Of a stretch of DNA of 64,000 nt, positions 1 to 10,345 are shown one piece after another. A program made the position numbers and the translations under genes. How positions within the stretch are numbered: position 1 is the first letter of the stretch; the number at the start of each line of letters is the position of its first letter. The stretch comes from Deltaproteobacteria bacterium GWA2_38_16 (GTDB lineage: Bacteria; Bdellovibrionota; JACOXK01; 2-02-FULL-40-11), in contig MGPE01000005.1 of the NCBI GenBank assembly GCA_001797335.1, positions 39,929 to 103,928 on the forward strand, read 5' to 3'. The notes under the pieces were generated by a model, which made no database searches, was not told where the DNA came from, and was given only the letters and a program-made list of their open reading frames with translations.

Positions 1-728
1 CATGCACTTTTTATAGTGGATCTTTTTGTCCAAAATCCAGGAGCAATACAGGTTTGATAATCACGAGAAGCTTGAAGATCTTTTAATTTTTTGACAAAGG
101 AGGCCGTGTCTGCTTCTTGGGGAGTTGCTTTGGGAAGGAGGTCAAAAAAAGAACGCATCTGTGAAATAAGTTCTGCTTTCAACTCTGAATCTGGTTTAAC
201 TCCTATTTGTATTTTATGATAAACACCCAAAATAGAAAATGCCATCTCTTCAATCTTAGCAAGCTGGCTATTGTCTTGGATATTTAGGTGGCGAGCCCCT
301 TCCCGAGTGAGTAGAGCCGCGGATCCTTCTAGGGTGAGTTTAAGTTCTTCAGCTCTAGGTAAATTGGCATCAATAGTACTTTGAGGCTGATGAATGGTTT
401 TAAATGTTTTTTCTTCTCCTTCAATGATAAACGTTTTTCGATCTTCTTCTTGAAAAAAGAAATTTAAATTAGAGCCTTCAAGATCCTGAGCAATGGCTAA
501 GCCTTGTTGTTGATAGAGTCCAACTATTTCTGGAGCAATATCATGATTTGTTAAAATTTCTACGGATACTGATTTTAAAGCGGTAATGATGAGTTGTTTG
601 GCTTCCCGAATTTTGGTTTCTCGATAATCTCCGCCGCCGGTGACATTGGATCCTCCTGCAAAGCTTACACCGGAGAAAGACATTAAAAGTAAGAGCGCCA
701 TAGAGTAAGTTATTGTGTTTCGGTTCAT
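1..728 (-). CDS. Secreted hypothetical protein (partial, runs off window start)
   Basis: Not in ORF track. ATG at 728 with GGAGG RBS upstream. Translates MNRNTITYSMALLLLMSFSGVSFA-GGSNVTGGGDYRETKI..., a signal peptide followed by a Gly-rich mature N-terminus; read by eye as open to the window edge. Confidence 0.8.
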   Translation of the reverse strand, partial: MNRNTITYSMALLLLMSFSGVSFAGGSNVTGGGDYRETKIREAKQLIITALKSVSVEILTNHDIAPEIVGLYQQQGLAIAQDLEGSNLNFFFQEEDRKTFIIEGEEKTFKTIHQPQSTIDANLPRAEELKLTLEGSAALLTREGARHLNIQDNSQLAKIEEMAFSILGVYHKIQIGVKPDSELKAELISQMRSFFDLLPKATPQEADTASFVKKLKDLQASRDYQTCIAPGFWTKRSTIKSA

Positions 729-730
729 AT

Positions 731-1534
731 TTATTTACCTCCTTCGGTCAGTTTAAAAAGATAGGTCGAAAGTTGATAGGTTTGGGTTTTTCTGCCACGA
801 CTTAAAAATTTTGCAAGTTCCAAGCGAAATACTTCCATGCGCTTTTCAGCTTCTTTCAGTTTAGAGGGATCTATAGACATTGTAATATTGCCAAATTTTC
901 TTTCTTGTACATCTTGGGTTCCTAGGCTTGCCAACGTTTTTTCAAGGACTTGTCTATGAAATTTTTTTAGAGCGTCATTTCTAAGATCAGATTTTACAGA
1001 AAAAAATTCATTGGTTTTTACCCAGGTTCCTTTTTTATTTTTGATGAGTTCAAGTCTTTCTAGGCGTTCAATGGCCAGGTCGACTTCTGCTTTTGAAATT
1101 TTAAGGCGCTTGGCGATCCAGGCAGGATCGGATTTAAAGGTGTCCAGTTCTGTCATTTCTAAAATAGCGTAATGATGCCAATCAGAAACAATCTTAAAGG
1201 CATCCAAGGTTAATGTATGAAATGTTTGCTTGGGGTGAAGGGTTTCTAATCTTTTTTGAATAAATTCTTTTGATTGAACTGTTTTAGCCGATTCCAATCG
1301 GACCAAATGACAAAAATAATCAGCTTCTTTTTCGTCTAAGTGAAGGCGAGAAGCAATATTCAAGGCCGAGTCTTCAGAAATATGTTTTTTGCCTTGCAGT
1401 ACCATACTGAGCTGCCCATGGCTGATGTTTAGGAATTTCGAAAAAGCTCTTAAAGAATACTGAGGGTTGGTTTTTAGTTTTTCGACCAAGGTCGTTTTTA
1501 AGTAGCTTCGGTAACTGGTGTGTTCAAAAATCAT
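731..1534 (-). CDS. TIGR02147 family (HTH + DUF4423) protein
   Basis: YRSYLK..NPQYSLRAFSKFLNISHGQLSMVLQGK HTH, SDWHHYAILEM, IAKRLKIS, KFHRQVL and C-terminal YQLSTYLFKLT are typical of the family. Start moved to ATG 1534. Confidence 0.85.
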   Translation of the reverse strand: MIFEHTSYRSYLKTTLVEKLKTNPQYSLRAFSKFLNISHGQLSMVLQGKKHISEDSALNIASRLHLDEKEADYFCHLVRLESAKTVQSKEFIQKRLETLHPKQTFHTLTLDAFKIVSDWHHYAILEMTELDTFKSDPAWIAKRLKISKAEVDLAIERLERLELIKNKKGTWVKTNEFFSVKSDLRNDALKKFHRQVLEKTLASLGTQDVQERKFGNITMSIDPSKLKEAEKRMEVFRLELAKFLSRGRKTQTYQLSTYLFKLTEGGK

Positions 1535-1570
1535 GACGCCCCTTGTATAGGGGAAAAAGAAACTTGTCAA

Positions 1571-1623
1571 GTTTTCTAGAAAACAATTCGGTTTCATATG
1601 GAAAACGGTTTCTAATAGAAACC
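1571..1623. promoter_or_regulatory. Cluster of three palindromic operator-like sites between divergent promoters
   Basis: GTTTTCTAGAAAAC (1571-1584, perfect), GGTTTCATATGGAAAAC (1590-1606) and GGTTTCTAATAGAAACC (1607-1623), flanked by TTGACA boxes on both strands. Confidence 0.55.
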
Positions 1624-1642
1624 ACTTTGTTTTCAACCTATA

Positions 1643-1671
1643 TTGACAGGGCGTTCTTTTGTCTTTATATA
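1643..1671 (+). promoter_or_regulatory. sigma70-type promoter
   Basis: TTGACA-17 nt-TATATA upstream of the AGGAGG RBS and ATG 1712. Confidence 0.55.
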
Positions 1672-1711
1672 TGGGCGCCATGACGTACCCCAAAAAAGGA
1701 GGAAGAAAAAA

Positions 1712-2836
1712 ATGAAACAACAGATAATATATTTTTTAAACTGTCTTATAATGATGCTTACTTTAGAGGTAAGTGCAGCGGATTTTGAAAGTTTAAAAGC
1801 CACTCTAAGTAGATGGGAAAGTTGTGCTACTGAAATACATTCAGCCCTTATTGCGCAAGATGATACCCGTATTCAATCACACATAGGTGAACTGAGGAAT
1901 ATTTTAGTAGATGCGCCTTCCCTTCAAGCGAACATTCAGTCAATGGTGCAACAATGGGATATGAAGCCAGAACTGAAGACTGAATTTTTGAAAAGAGTAG
2001 AAGGGCAATTAGAATTTTTAAGAGATTTAGGACGTCAAGCAGAGATGATGCTTCCTTTAATATTAAGAAAAAAAGCTTTAATCCAAGAACGGGAGAGATT
2101 ATCAAACCAGCGTGAATCGGCATGGCAAAGGTATAAAGAGCTCAATGACCAAGATAATGCTCATGAACGAGAAATTAATGGTCGAATAGCAGAAAGCTGG
2201 GAATGGAAAACATTTGGGAAAATAGCTCCTCGATTTAAGGAAGAGCTAAGCTATGTTGGACATATTGGGCGTCCTTTTAAAGATCATCCAGGTAATGCTG
2301 CTTTAATTGCAGCGGACCATGCATATTATAATTTAAAGGGATCTATAGAGCCTCAAATAGCCAGTTTAGAAACACAAATTAAAACTGTAGTTCCCTCTAT
2401 GGAGCCTATTTCTCAGCTATATGGAGTGCTTCAAAAGCAAGCACGGATTTTAGATGGAATGCTGGTTGTCATAGAAGGAGGCGGAGGATTAGCCGGTGCT
2501 TTAGTTAGGACCGGAGAGGTTGTTCAAAGTTTAAGTGGAGTTGAAGATGTGTTTATGGATTCTGTGAGTGAGCGTGCGGCTAGAAGTGTTCTTGAAATGG
2601 TTTCCAGGGATTCTTCTTTATTTCAACCTGGCAGTATTAATTCCAAAACACTAGAAGCTATGCGTACAAAAGTGTTTGAAGGGATGGATCCACGAGTTAT
2701 AGACGCTGAAAGAGCGGATATGTTGATTGCGCAGCATTTTTTAAGAATGAAAGAGGGTGCTCCTTGGTCTTTAGAAACTTTAAAGCCTTTCGTAAAAACA
2801 CTTTTCACCGAAGCCATTCGACGCCCCAAGATGTGA
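1712..2836 (+). CDS. Secreted coiled-coil hypothetical protein
   Basis: AGGAGG RBS; MKQQIIYFLNCLIMMLTLEVSA signal peptide; helical, coiled-coil-rich sequence. Confidence 0.7.
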   Translation: MKQQIIYFLNCLIMMLTLEVSAADFESLKATLSRWESCATEIHSALIAQDDTRIQSHIGELRNILVDAPSLQANIQSMVQQWDMKPELKTEFLKRVEGQLEFLRDLGRQAEMMLPLILRKKALIQERERLSNQRESAWQRYKELNDQDNAHEREINGRIAESWEWKTFGKIAPRFKEELSYVGHIGRPFKDHPGNAALIAADHAYYNLKGSIEPQIASLETQIKTVVPSMEPISQLYGVLQKQARILDGMLVVIEGGGGLAGALVRTGEVVQSLSGVEDVFMDSVSERAARSVLEMVSRDSSLFQPGSINSKTLEAMRTKVFEGMDPRVIDAERADMLIAQHFLRMKEGAPWSLETLKPFVKTLFTEAIRRPKM

Positions 2837-2912
2837 GATTGTTTTTAGATGTGACGTTTTTGAAGTGCTTTTAACCCTTCCTTTAAGATAAAGTAAAAAA
2901 AGTAAAGGGGGG

Positions 2913-3449
2913 ATGATAATGAAATATAGTTTCATTTCTCGAATTATTTTTTGGGGGCAAAAGATAAAATATGGGAAAACGTTACAGCCTGCCTATTGGT
3001 GGGGAAAATCCCCCTGGCTTTTACTGGGGCTACAAATTTTTTATCGCTGTTTGGATAGACGAGGCTCTTCGTTAGATTCTTCTTTAAAAGCACTGGTGTC
3101 TCTTAGGGTTTCACAGCTTAATCACTGTGCTTTTTGTTCTGATATCAGTTTTTCAAAATTACAAAAGTTGAATATCTCAGAGCAAAAAATTAAAAGCCTC
3201 TCAGAGCATGTTTTAAGTTTAGATTTTACAAAAATTGAACATACAGTACTGGCCTATGCAGATGCAGTTACCCAAAATACTTCCACAGAAGAGGTATTAA
3301 AAACCCTTCGTACGCTATTTTCAGAAAAAGAAGTCATAGAGCTTACTGCCTGGATTGCATTTCAGAATATGTCGAGTAAGTTTAATGCTGCTTTAAACAT
3401 TCCCGCACAAGGCTTTTGTACACTTCAGTATCACCTTACAAAAGAATGA
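2913..3449 (+). CDS. Carboxymuconolactone decarboxylase / AhpD-like protein
   Basis: LVSLRVSQLNHCAFC (CxxC), LAYADAVT, FSEKEVIELTAWIAFQNMSSKFNAAL. Confidence 0.85.
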   Translation: MIMKYSFISRIIFWGQKIKYGKTLQPAYWWGKSPWLLLGLQIFYRCLDRRGSSLDSSLKALVSLRVSQLNHCAFCSDISFSKLQKLNISEQKIKSLSEHVLSLDFTKIEHTVLAYADAVTQNTSTEEVLKTLRTLFSEKEVIELTAWIAFQNMSSKFNAALNIPAQGFCTLQYHLTKE

Positions 3450-3819
3450 GTTGGGGGATAGTGGCAAAGTGCTTATCGGAAGATAGAAGCGCTAAATCAT
3501 GTTGTAAACAAAGAGCGCCTATCCACAGATCATTGGTTGGGATAGGAGTCCCCTGAGATCTAAGTTGTTGAAATAATTTTGCGTAATGATGTGTGGTGTC
3601 TTCGTCGGGAAGTAATATTTCAGTTCGAGGAGAGCCTAGAAAGCGAGTCAGAAGCTTTTCATTTTCTAGCCCTTTTTTCCCGCACAAAAATCCTGCTCTG
3701 AGCTCTGCAATAACAATGAGTGGGGTATAGATTTTTTCATGTTTTTGGAGCTCAAACTTAATAGGAGTTTTTCCACGAAAAAAATCAACCAGGGCATTGG
3801 TATCTATGGCAATGTTCAT
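3436..3819 (-). CDS. vapC: Type II TA toxin, PIN domain (VapC family)
   Basis: IAIDTNA, VIAELRAG, PIPTNDLWIGA and LLSSDKHF PIN motifs. Confidence 0.92.
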   Translation of the reverse strand: MNIAIDTNALVDFFRGKTPIKFELQKHEKIYTPLIVIAELRAGFLCGKKGLENEKLLTRFLGSPRTEILLPDEDTTHHYAKLFQQLRSQGTPIPTNDLWIGALCLQHDLALLSSDKHFATIPQLILL

Positions 3820-4070
3820 TTCCAGAGTTCTTCATCAATTTGATGTTGTTCTGCTAAAGCTTTTAGAATGGCTTTATCTTCTATCCACTGACCAGATAAA
3901 TAGTCGAGGTCATGATAACGACATTCTTCTTCTCCGAGTCCAAGAGAGCGGGTGAGGGTTTCTAAGACCCACGTATTTAAACTTTGGGCTTTTTTGTGTG
4001 CCAATTTTTTGATTTGTTTATCCAGGGATTCATTAATCCCACGGATAGTATATTGTTTTGAATACTTCAT
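3816..4070 (-). CDS. Antitoxin (RHH-type) partner of VapC
   Basis: KQYTIRGINESLDKQIKKLA..SLN RHH-like N-terminus, HDLDYLSGQW; 4-bp overlap with vapC. Confidence 0.8.
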   Translation of the reverse strand: MKYSKQYTIRGINESLDKQIKKLAHKKAQSLNTWVLETLTRSLGLGEEECRYHDLDYLSGQWIEDKAILKALAEQHQIDEELWK

Positions 4071-4115
4071 TATGCCTACAGTATATTCTAAAAATGCATG
4101 CAAGTCAAGTTACTT

Positions 4116-4613
4116 TTAGTGTAGCTCGACTTCTTCTGGGGAAACGCCTTCTAGTTTGGCAATGGCAGCTCTCACACTTTCTAAATCTGGTCCGATGATA
4201 AAACGAACAAAAGCAACATCGGCTCCGAGGGCTAATAAATCTCCTCCTAAGACAGATAAAAATCCACTATTTCCATATAAAAAGGCAACATTTACTCCTG
4301 CTACGAGATAGGCATCTGCTCTCAATCCATAATAAGTGCCTGCGATATCTGATGAAAAACCAAAATATTGTAAAAATATTCCTTCTAATGCAGAAGCACT
4401 GGCTCCAATCCCAATTCCGGAGAAAGCAACTTTATAGTATGTAGGAGTATATCCATCGCTGCAATCCATTGTACCGTATTTACCTCCACCATTAATGACA
4501 AAGAAGGATGTAACGCCATCTAGGGAACAGGTGAGTCGGGTATGCCCTGCATAGGAATAGTTAGAGATGAATAGTGTTAATAGAACGAGACTTGATAGAA
4601 AGATTTTTTTCAT
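4116..4613 (-). CDS. Secreted protein, DUF992-like
   Basis: GGAGG RBS, signal peptide, two Cys, Gly-rich GIGIG...IAGTYYGLRADAYLVAG pattern resembling DUF992. Confidence 0.55.
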   Translation of the reverse strand: MKKIFLSSLVLLTLFISNYSYAGHTRLTCSLDGVTSFFVINGGGKYGTMDCSDGYTPTYYKVAFSGIGIGASASALEGIFLQYFGFSSDIAGTYYGLRADAYLVAGVNVAFLYGNSGFLSVLGGDLLALGADVAFVRFIIGPDLESVRAAIAKLEGVSPEEVELH

Positions 4614-4723
4614 AAACGATACCTCCAAATTCAAAACAATATGTGATGGCATGATTTTGTCAATATGTTTCATTTCACTAAGCCTTGACTCTGTTTATTC
4701 ATTTAGATAGTTTGAGAAGAATT

Positions 4724-6205
4724 ATGGAAGAAATTTCAGAACAAACCAAACAGCGGTTAACAAAACTTCAAAAAATAAAAGCCAAGGGGGAAAATCCTTA
4801 TCCTAATGATTTTTTTCCCTCTGTGACAGCGCAAAAACTTCATTCTCAGTATGATGCTCACACCCGAGAGACTTTAGAAAACAATAAAGAAACTTTTTCA
4901 ATGGCAGGCCGCGTGTTGGGAGTGAGAGCGTTTGGGAAAGCCGCTTTTTTGCAACTTCAAGATCGTACCGGAAAAATTCAAGCCTATGTGGCGCAAGATC
5001 TTTTGGGAGAGGAAGCCTTTAAAGCCTTCATGGAGCTCATGGATATTGGAGACATTGTGGGTATTTGTGGCTCTCCCTTTAAAACCAAAACCAATGAATT
5101 GACGTTAAAAACTACTTCAGCCCGTGTGTTATCAAAATGCCTTCATCCGCTTCCTGAAAAATGGCATGGGCTTCAAGATATCGAAACCCGTTATCGCCAG
5201 CGTTATTTGGATTTAATTGTAAATCCAAAAGTGAAAGAAGTATTTCAAGTTCGTTCAAAACTTATTCAAGAAATTAGAAATTTTTTTATTGCTAGAGATT
5301 ATTTAGAAGTCGAAACGCCGATGATGCATCCCATCGCCGGTGGAGCTTTGGCCAAACCGTTTGTCACTCATCACAATACGTTAGATATGGACCTTTATCT
5401 TCGAATTGCCCCAGAGCTTTATTTAAAGAGGCTTGTGGTGGGAGGATTAGAGCGTGTGTTTGAAATTAACCGAAATTTTAGAAATGAAGGAATTTCTATT
5501 CAACACAATCCCGAATTTACGATGATTGAATTTTATGAAGCCTATGCAACGTATGACCGGTTGATGAATCTTACAGAAGAGTTAATTGTGCATCTTGCAA
5601 AAAGTGTTTTAGGAAAAGAAGAAATAACCTATCAAGGAGAAACAATTTATCTTAAAAAACCTTGGGCCAGATACACCTTAAAAGAATCGGTTCTAAAATT
5701 TACAGACTTTAAGGAAAAAGACTTGGATGATCCTAAAAAAATTATTTCTTATTTGGAAAAGGAGAGGGTTAATTTACCGCTGAATCGAGAGCTGGGATAT
5801 TTACAAACTGCGTTATTTGAAGCAGCAGTAGAGAAAAAACTTATTCAGCCTACGTTTATTTATCAATATCCCTTGGCGGTGTCGCCACTCTCTCGTAAAA
5901 ACGATCAAGATTCGCAATACGTGGATCGATTTGAGCTTTATATCTATGGTCGGGAAATGGCCAATGCATTTTCAGAGCTCAATGACCCGATGGATCAAAA
6001 AGAGCGCTTTTTAAAACAAATGGAAGGAAAAGCCTCTGGCGATGAAGAATCTCATGAAATGGATGAAGATTATGTGCGAGCCTTAGAATATGGAATGCCA
6101 CCCACGGCAGGAGAAGGCATTGGTATTGATCGGCTGGTGATGCTTTTTACGGACTCTCCCTCCATTCGAGATGTAATTTTATTTCCTCAACTTAAAAAAG
6201 TGTAA
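4724..6205 (+). CDS. lysS: Lysine--tRNA ligase (class II)
   Basis: OB-fold, RYRQRYLDL, YLRIAPELYLKRLVVGG, FRNEG, HNPEFT, YGMPPTAGEGIGIDRL. Confidence 0.98.
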   Translation: MEEISEQTKQRLTKLQKIKAKGENPYPNDFFPSVTAQKLHSQYDAHTRETLENNKETFSMAGRVLGVRAFGKAAFLQLQDRTGKIQAYVAQDLLGEEAFKAFMELMDIGDIVGICGSPFKTKTNELTLKTTSARVLSKCLHPLPEKWHGLQDIETRYRQRYLDLIVNPKVKEVFQVRSKLIQEIRNFFIARDYLEVETPMMHPIAGGALAKPFVTHHNTLDMDLYLRIAPELYLKRLVVGGLERVFEINRNFRNEGISIQHNPEFTMIEFYEAYATYDRLMNLTEELIVHLAKSVLGKEEITYQGETIYLKKPWARYTLKESVLKFTDFKEKDLDDPKKIISYLEKERVNLPLNRELGYLQTALFEAAVEKKLIQPTFIYQYPLAVSPLSRKNDQDSQYVDRFELYIYGREMANAFSELNDPMDQKERFLKQMEGKASGDEESHEMDEDYVRALEYGMPPTAGEGIGIDRLVMLFTDSPSIRDVILFPQLKKV

Positions 6206-7327
6206 ATGAATCTGGAAGCTAAGATTGCGGTTCATCAACTTCTTCGTGGGACCTCTTTTATTTCTTTTACGGCATGGATAACCCTTTTAGGCATTAGTAT
6301 TGGGATTGCTTCTTTAATTGTGGTGATGTCGGTCATGAATGGATTTGAAAAAGAATTACAAGCCAATACGATTCAAGCAGAGTCTCATATTATTTTATAT
6401 CGAAAAGATAAAGGAATTGAAAATTGGCAGCAGATGAAAGCCAAAATTTATGAAGCAGATCCTTCTATCGAAGAAGTGATGCCTATTACTTATAACGAAG
6501 TTTTATTTATAAAAGAGGGGAGAGTCCATGGAGGTATTTTAGAAGGGCAGGAAAAAGAATTTTCTTCGGACGGGGCTTTTTTGGGAAAAGAATTAGCTCA
6601 TAAACTTCAGGCTCGTCCCGGAGAAAATATTAAAATTTTATTATCTCAAAAATTAGTTGCCCTTAAAATGATTAATACCTTTGATTCGGGTCTTTATGAA
6701 TATTCTTCCCGGTATGCCTATGCACCGTTAAATTTTACCCAAAAAAATCTGGGATGGGGAAATGCCGTATCGGCATTTAAAGTAAAAGTGAAAGATCCCT
6801 CTCAGGTAAAGACACTTGCTCGAAAAATTAGAAACCACATCTCCTTTCCTTTTTTTGTGAGAACCTGGATGGATATGAACCGAAATATTTTAATTGCTTT
6901 AAAAATGGAAAAAGTGGTGATGAGTATTATTTTAGGGGCCATTATTTTAGTGGCTCTCTTTAATGTGGTGAGCTCTCTTCTCATGATTGTGATTGAAAAA
7001 ACCAAAGAAATTTCTATTTTAAAGGCCATGGGGATGCAGCAAAAAAATATTGCTCGGATTTTTTTATGGCAAGGAACCTTTGTGGGATTATCTGGGACTG
7101 TTTTTGGAATTCTTCTGGCATTAGGAATTTCATGGCTTTTAAGAACATTTCATTTTATTTCTTTAAGTCCGGATATTTATTATTTATCGTATTTACCTGT
7201 GGAGGTGAGGGGAGTGGAGGTGATGATGGTTTGTATAGGAATGTTTTTAGTTTCGTTATGCGCTTCTATTTATCCTGCTAAACGAGCGGCCAAGCTCTAT
7301 CCAGTTGAAGGAATTCGATATGAATGA
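6206..7327 (+). CDS. lolC: Lipoprotein-releasing ABC transporter permease (LolC/E family)
   Basis: SVMNGF, EKTKEISILKAMG, YPAKRAAKL; lies between lysS and lolD. Confidence 0.9.
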   Translation: MNLEAKIAVHQLLRGTSFISFTAWITLLGISIGIASLIVVMSVMNGFEKELQANTIQAESHIILYRKDKGIENWQQMKAKIYEADPSIEEVMPITYNEVLFIKEGRVHGGILEGQEKEFSSDGAFLGKELAHKLQARPGENIKILLSQKLVALKMINTFDSGLYEYSSRYAYAPLNFTQKNLGWGNAVSAFKVKVKDPSQVKTLARKIRNHISFPFFVRTWMDMNRNILIALKMEKVVMSIILGAIILVALFNVVSSLLMIVIEKTKEISILKAMGMQQKNIARIFLWQGTFVGLSGTVFGILLALGISWLLRTFHFISLSPDIYYLSYLPVEVRGVEVMMVCIGMFLVSLCASIYPAKRAAKLYPVEGIRYE

Positions 7328-8000
7328 TCTTTTAAGAGTTGAAAAATTGCATAAATCTTTTTGGATTGATCATAAAGAAATTCAAGTGATTAAAAATGTT
7401 AGTTTTCAAGCGCAAGAAGGAGAAATGATTTCTATTGTCGGAGCTTCCGGGGCAGGAAAAAGTACGCTTCTTCATATTTTAGGGGCCCTAGATCGGCCGA
7501 CCTCTGGGGAAGTATTTTTTGAAAATGAATCCCTCTTTCAAAAAAGAGATACAGAACTTTCTTTGTTTAGAAATAAAAAAGTAGGGTTTATTTTTCAATT
7601 TCATCATTTGTTGCCAGAATTTAATGCTGTGGAAAATGTGATGATGCCTGCTCTTATTTCTGGGATGAATAAAAATATGGCGCGGGGTTTAGCAGAAAAA
7701 AAATTAGAAGAAGTAGGCCTTTCGCATCGCTTACGTCATAAACCGGGAGAACTTTCAGGGGGAGAACAACAACGGGTGGCTATTTCTAGAGCGCTGATGC
7801 TTCATCCAAAGTTATTATTGGCCGATGAACTGACTGGAAATCTCGATACAAAAACAGGAGAACAAATTCAAGAACTTTTGTTAGGACTCAATCAAACCTA
7901 TCGAATGACCGTGATTGTGGTGACTCATAATGAGGCATTAGCCCAAAGACTTCCTAAACGATTTCAAATGGTAGATGGAAATTTGCTTTACAAAGGATGA
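7320..8000 (+). CDS. lolD: Lipoprotein-releasing ABC transporter ATPase
   Basis: GASGAGKSTLLH, GFIFQFHHLL, LSGGEQQRVAI, ADELTGNLD. Confidence 0.93.
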   Translation: MNDLLRVEKLHKSFWIDHKEIQVIKNVSFQAQEGEMISIVGASGAGKSTLLHILGALDRPTSGEVFFENESLFQKRDTELSLFRNKKVGFIFQFHHLLPEFNAVENVMMPALISGMNKNMARGLAEKKLEEVGLSHRLRHKPGELSGGEQQRVAISRALMLHPKLLLADELTGNLDTKTGEQIQELLLGLNQTYRMTVIVVTHNEALAQRLPKRFQMVDGNLLYKG

Positions 8001-8073
8001 AGTGTTTGCTACGATCCACCAGTTTTATCAAAAAAGATCAATTATATTAAGGACTTAGTTGTAAAGAATAACC

Positions 8074-10329
8074 ATGCTGTTGAATAAAAAAGTTTTTATT
8101 TTTAGTCTCCTTGTTTTTTCCCTCCACTCGCCTCTCTATGCAGAGCAAATTATTCATCGGGTATCTATTGAAGGAAATCGTCGAGTTGAAAAAGATGCGA
8201 TTTTAAATCAAATTAAAACAAAGCCTCGTACCCCGTATTCTCAGGATCAAGTGAAAAGCAGTATTCAGTCCATTTATAACTTAGGGTTTTTTGATAATAT
8301 TGAAGTGGATTTAGTATCCGAAAAAGAAGGGGTTCATCTTATTTATCGGGTGTGGGAAAAGCCTGCCATTCGAAAAATTGAATATGAGGGGTATAAAAAA
8401 TTAGATTTATCAGACATTCGGGCCGTTGTAGAGCTTAAAGAATATTCTATTTTAAATCTGCATAAAATTACTGAAACCAAAGAAAAGATTTTAAAACTCT
8501 ATGAACAAAAAGGTTTTTTTCTGGCCCAGGTTAAACACACAATTACGGAAGATAAAAAAGATAATGAAGTAGACCTTACCTTTCATATCGACGAACTGGA
8601 TAAAGTTAAAGTCCGAAAAATTAATTTTATTGGGAACCATGCTTTTTCAGATGATGAACTCAAAGGCTTTATGGCCACGAAAGAAAGTGGTGTATTTTCC
8701 TGGCTCACCAAAAGTGATAATTTTCAAGAAGAAGTGCTTAAAGGGGATATGGGAAATATCGCCTATTTTTATAATATTAAAGGCTATGTAAAAATTAAAG
8801 TTGATCCACCGGTTGTCACCATTTCTCCAGATAAAAAATGGATTTATATTGTAGTCCCTCTTCAGGAAGGGGAGCTTTATAACATTGGCAATATTGATTA
8901 TGCAGGAGAGCTTATTTTTTCAAAAGATGAATTAAAAAAAGAAAGAGGGATTCAATCGGATGCGCTGTTTAATGGAGATATGCTTCGCCAGGAAGTCTTA
9001 CGATTAGCCGATCTTTATAAAGATCAAGGCTATGCATTTGCAAACGTTAATGTACAATCCAGCACTCGGGATAAAGATAAAAAAGTGGATCTCATCTTTG
9101 ATTTTGAAAAAGGGCAAAAAGTGTATTTTGGAAATATTAATGTGGTCGGGAATACCTCTACCCGAGATAAGGTGGTCCGTCGCGAACTATCCATTCATGA
9201 AGGAGATTTGTATAGTGAAACCAAGCTTCGAAAAAGTATTGATCGGGTTCGGGCGTTAGGATTTTTTAGTGAAGTGACCTATACAAAACCTCAAGGAAAG
9301 AGTTTAGATGTGGTGGATTTAGAAGTCGCAGTGAAAGAGCGTTCTACGGGGGCACTGACGGTGGGGGCGGGATGGAGTTCTGTGGATAAATTTGTGGCTA
9401 ATGCACAAATTTCTCACAGTAACCTCTTTGGAAGAGGGCAAGAAGTCGCTCTCAATGCTCAGTTGTCTACCGGAGACAATGGAACGTCGACTTACAGCAC
9501 CAGTTTTACGGAACCCTATACCCTAGATACGCTGTGGAGCTCTGGATTTGATGCGTATAATGTAAAAACCGGAACCACCAATTATGATGAAATAAAAACC
9601 GGAGGAGATGTTCGCATTGGGCATCCCATCGGTGAGTTCATGAATACGTATCTCACCTATAAGTTAGAGAATACCAGATTAAAAGAGGTTACTACCACCG
9701 ATGATGCACTTATTCCCTCGCGGAGAGGGATTACTTCTGCGGTGGTAGGGACATTTATTTATGATGGCAGAGATGATCGACAACGGCCCTCTAAAGGTTT
9801 TTATGAGACCTTTTCTACAGAATTAGCAGGCTTAGGGGGAGATTATCATTATTCTAAAAATATTTTACGTTCTCGTTTTTATTACCCCATGTTTTTTAAT
9901 GGGGTGTTTAGAGTCAATACAGAACTGGGTGGATTACTTCCAACGACGAATGAAGCGGTACCGGTAGGAGAGCGTTTTATTTTAGGGGGGGTTAATACCC
10001 TACGGGGATATATGCCTCAATCCGTAGGACCGCTGAAACAAGATAAAGATGGAAAGTCTGTTTTGATTGGGGGAGATCGCGAGTGGTTTACCAATATAGA
10101 ATATGAAATTCCTCTGATTAGTTCTATGGGAATTAAAGGAGTTACTTTTTACGACGCTGGAAATGCCTTTGATGGCCTAGATATGGGTCGAATTAGGCAA
10201 GATATAGGCTTTGGATTTAGATGGTTTTCACCGTTTGGGCCCCTTCGCGTAGAAGTGGGGTTTCCGGTTAAACCCGAATCGGGAGAGAAAAGACAAGTAG
10301 TCCAATTTGCAATAACACCACCCTTTTAA
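8074..10329 (+). CDS. bamA: Outer membrane protein assembly factor BamA
   Basis: POTRA repeats (IEGNRRVE, GNTSTRDKVVRREL), LRGY motif, RWFSPFGPLR, terminal Phe. Confidence 0.96.
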   Translation: MLLNKKVFIFSLLVFSLHSPLYAEQIIHRVSIEGNRRVEKDAILNQIKTKPRTPYSQDQVKSSIQSIYNLGFFDNIEVDLVSEKEGVHLIYRVWEKPAIRKIEYEGYKKLDLSDIRAVVELKEYSILNLHKITETKEKILKLYEQKGFFLAQVKHTITEDKKDNEVDLTFHIDELDKVKVRKINFIGNHAFSDDELKGFMATKESGVFSWLTKSDNFQEEVLKGDMGNIAYFYNIKGYVKIKVDPPVVTISPDKKWIYIVVPLQEGELYNIGNIDYAGELIFSKDELKKERGIQSDALFNGDMLRQEVLRLADLYKDQGYAFANVNVQSSTRDKDKKVDLIFDFEKGQKVYFGNINVVGNTSTRDKVVRRELSIHEGDLYSETKLRKSIDRVRALGFFSEVTYTKPQGKSLDVVDLEVAVKERSTGALTVGAGWSSVDKFVANAQISHSNLFGRGQEVALNAQLSTGDNGTSTYSTSFTEPYTLDTLWSSGFDAYNVKTGTTNYDEIKTGGDVRIGHPIGEFMNTYLTYKLENTRLKEVTTTDDALIPSRRGITSAVVGTFIYDGRDDRQRPSKGFYETFSTELAGLGGDYHYSKNILRSRFYYPMFFNGVFRVNTELGGLLPTTNEAVPVGERFILGGVNTLRGYMPQSVGPLKQDKDGKSVLIGGDREWFTNIEYEIPLISSMGIKGVTFYDAGNAFDGLDMGRIRQDIGFGFRWFSPFGPLRVEVGFPVKPESGEKRQVVQFAITPPF

Positions 10330-10345
10330 AGGAGGAGATAATCGT

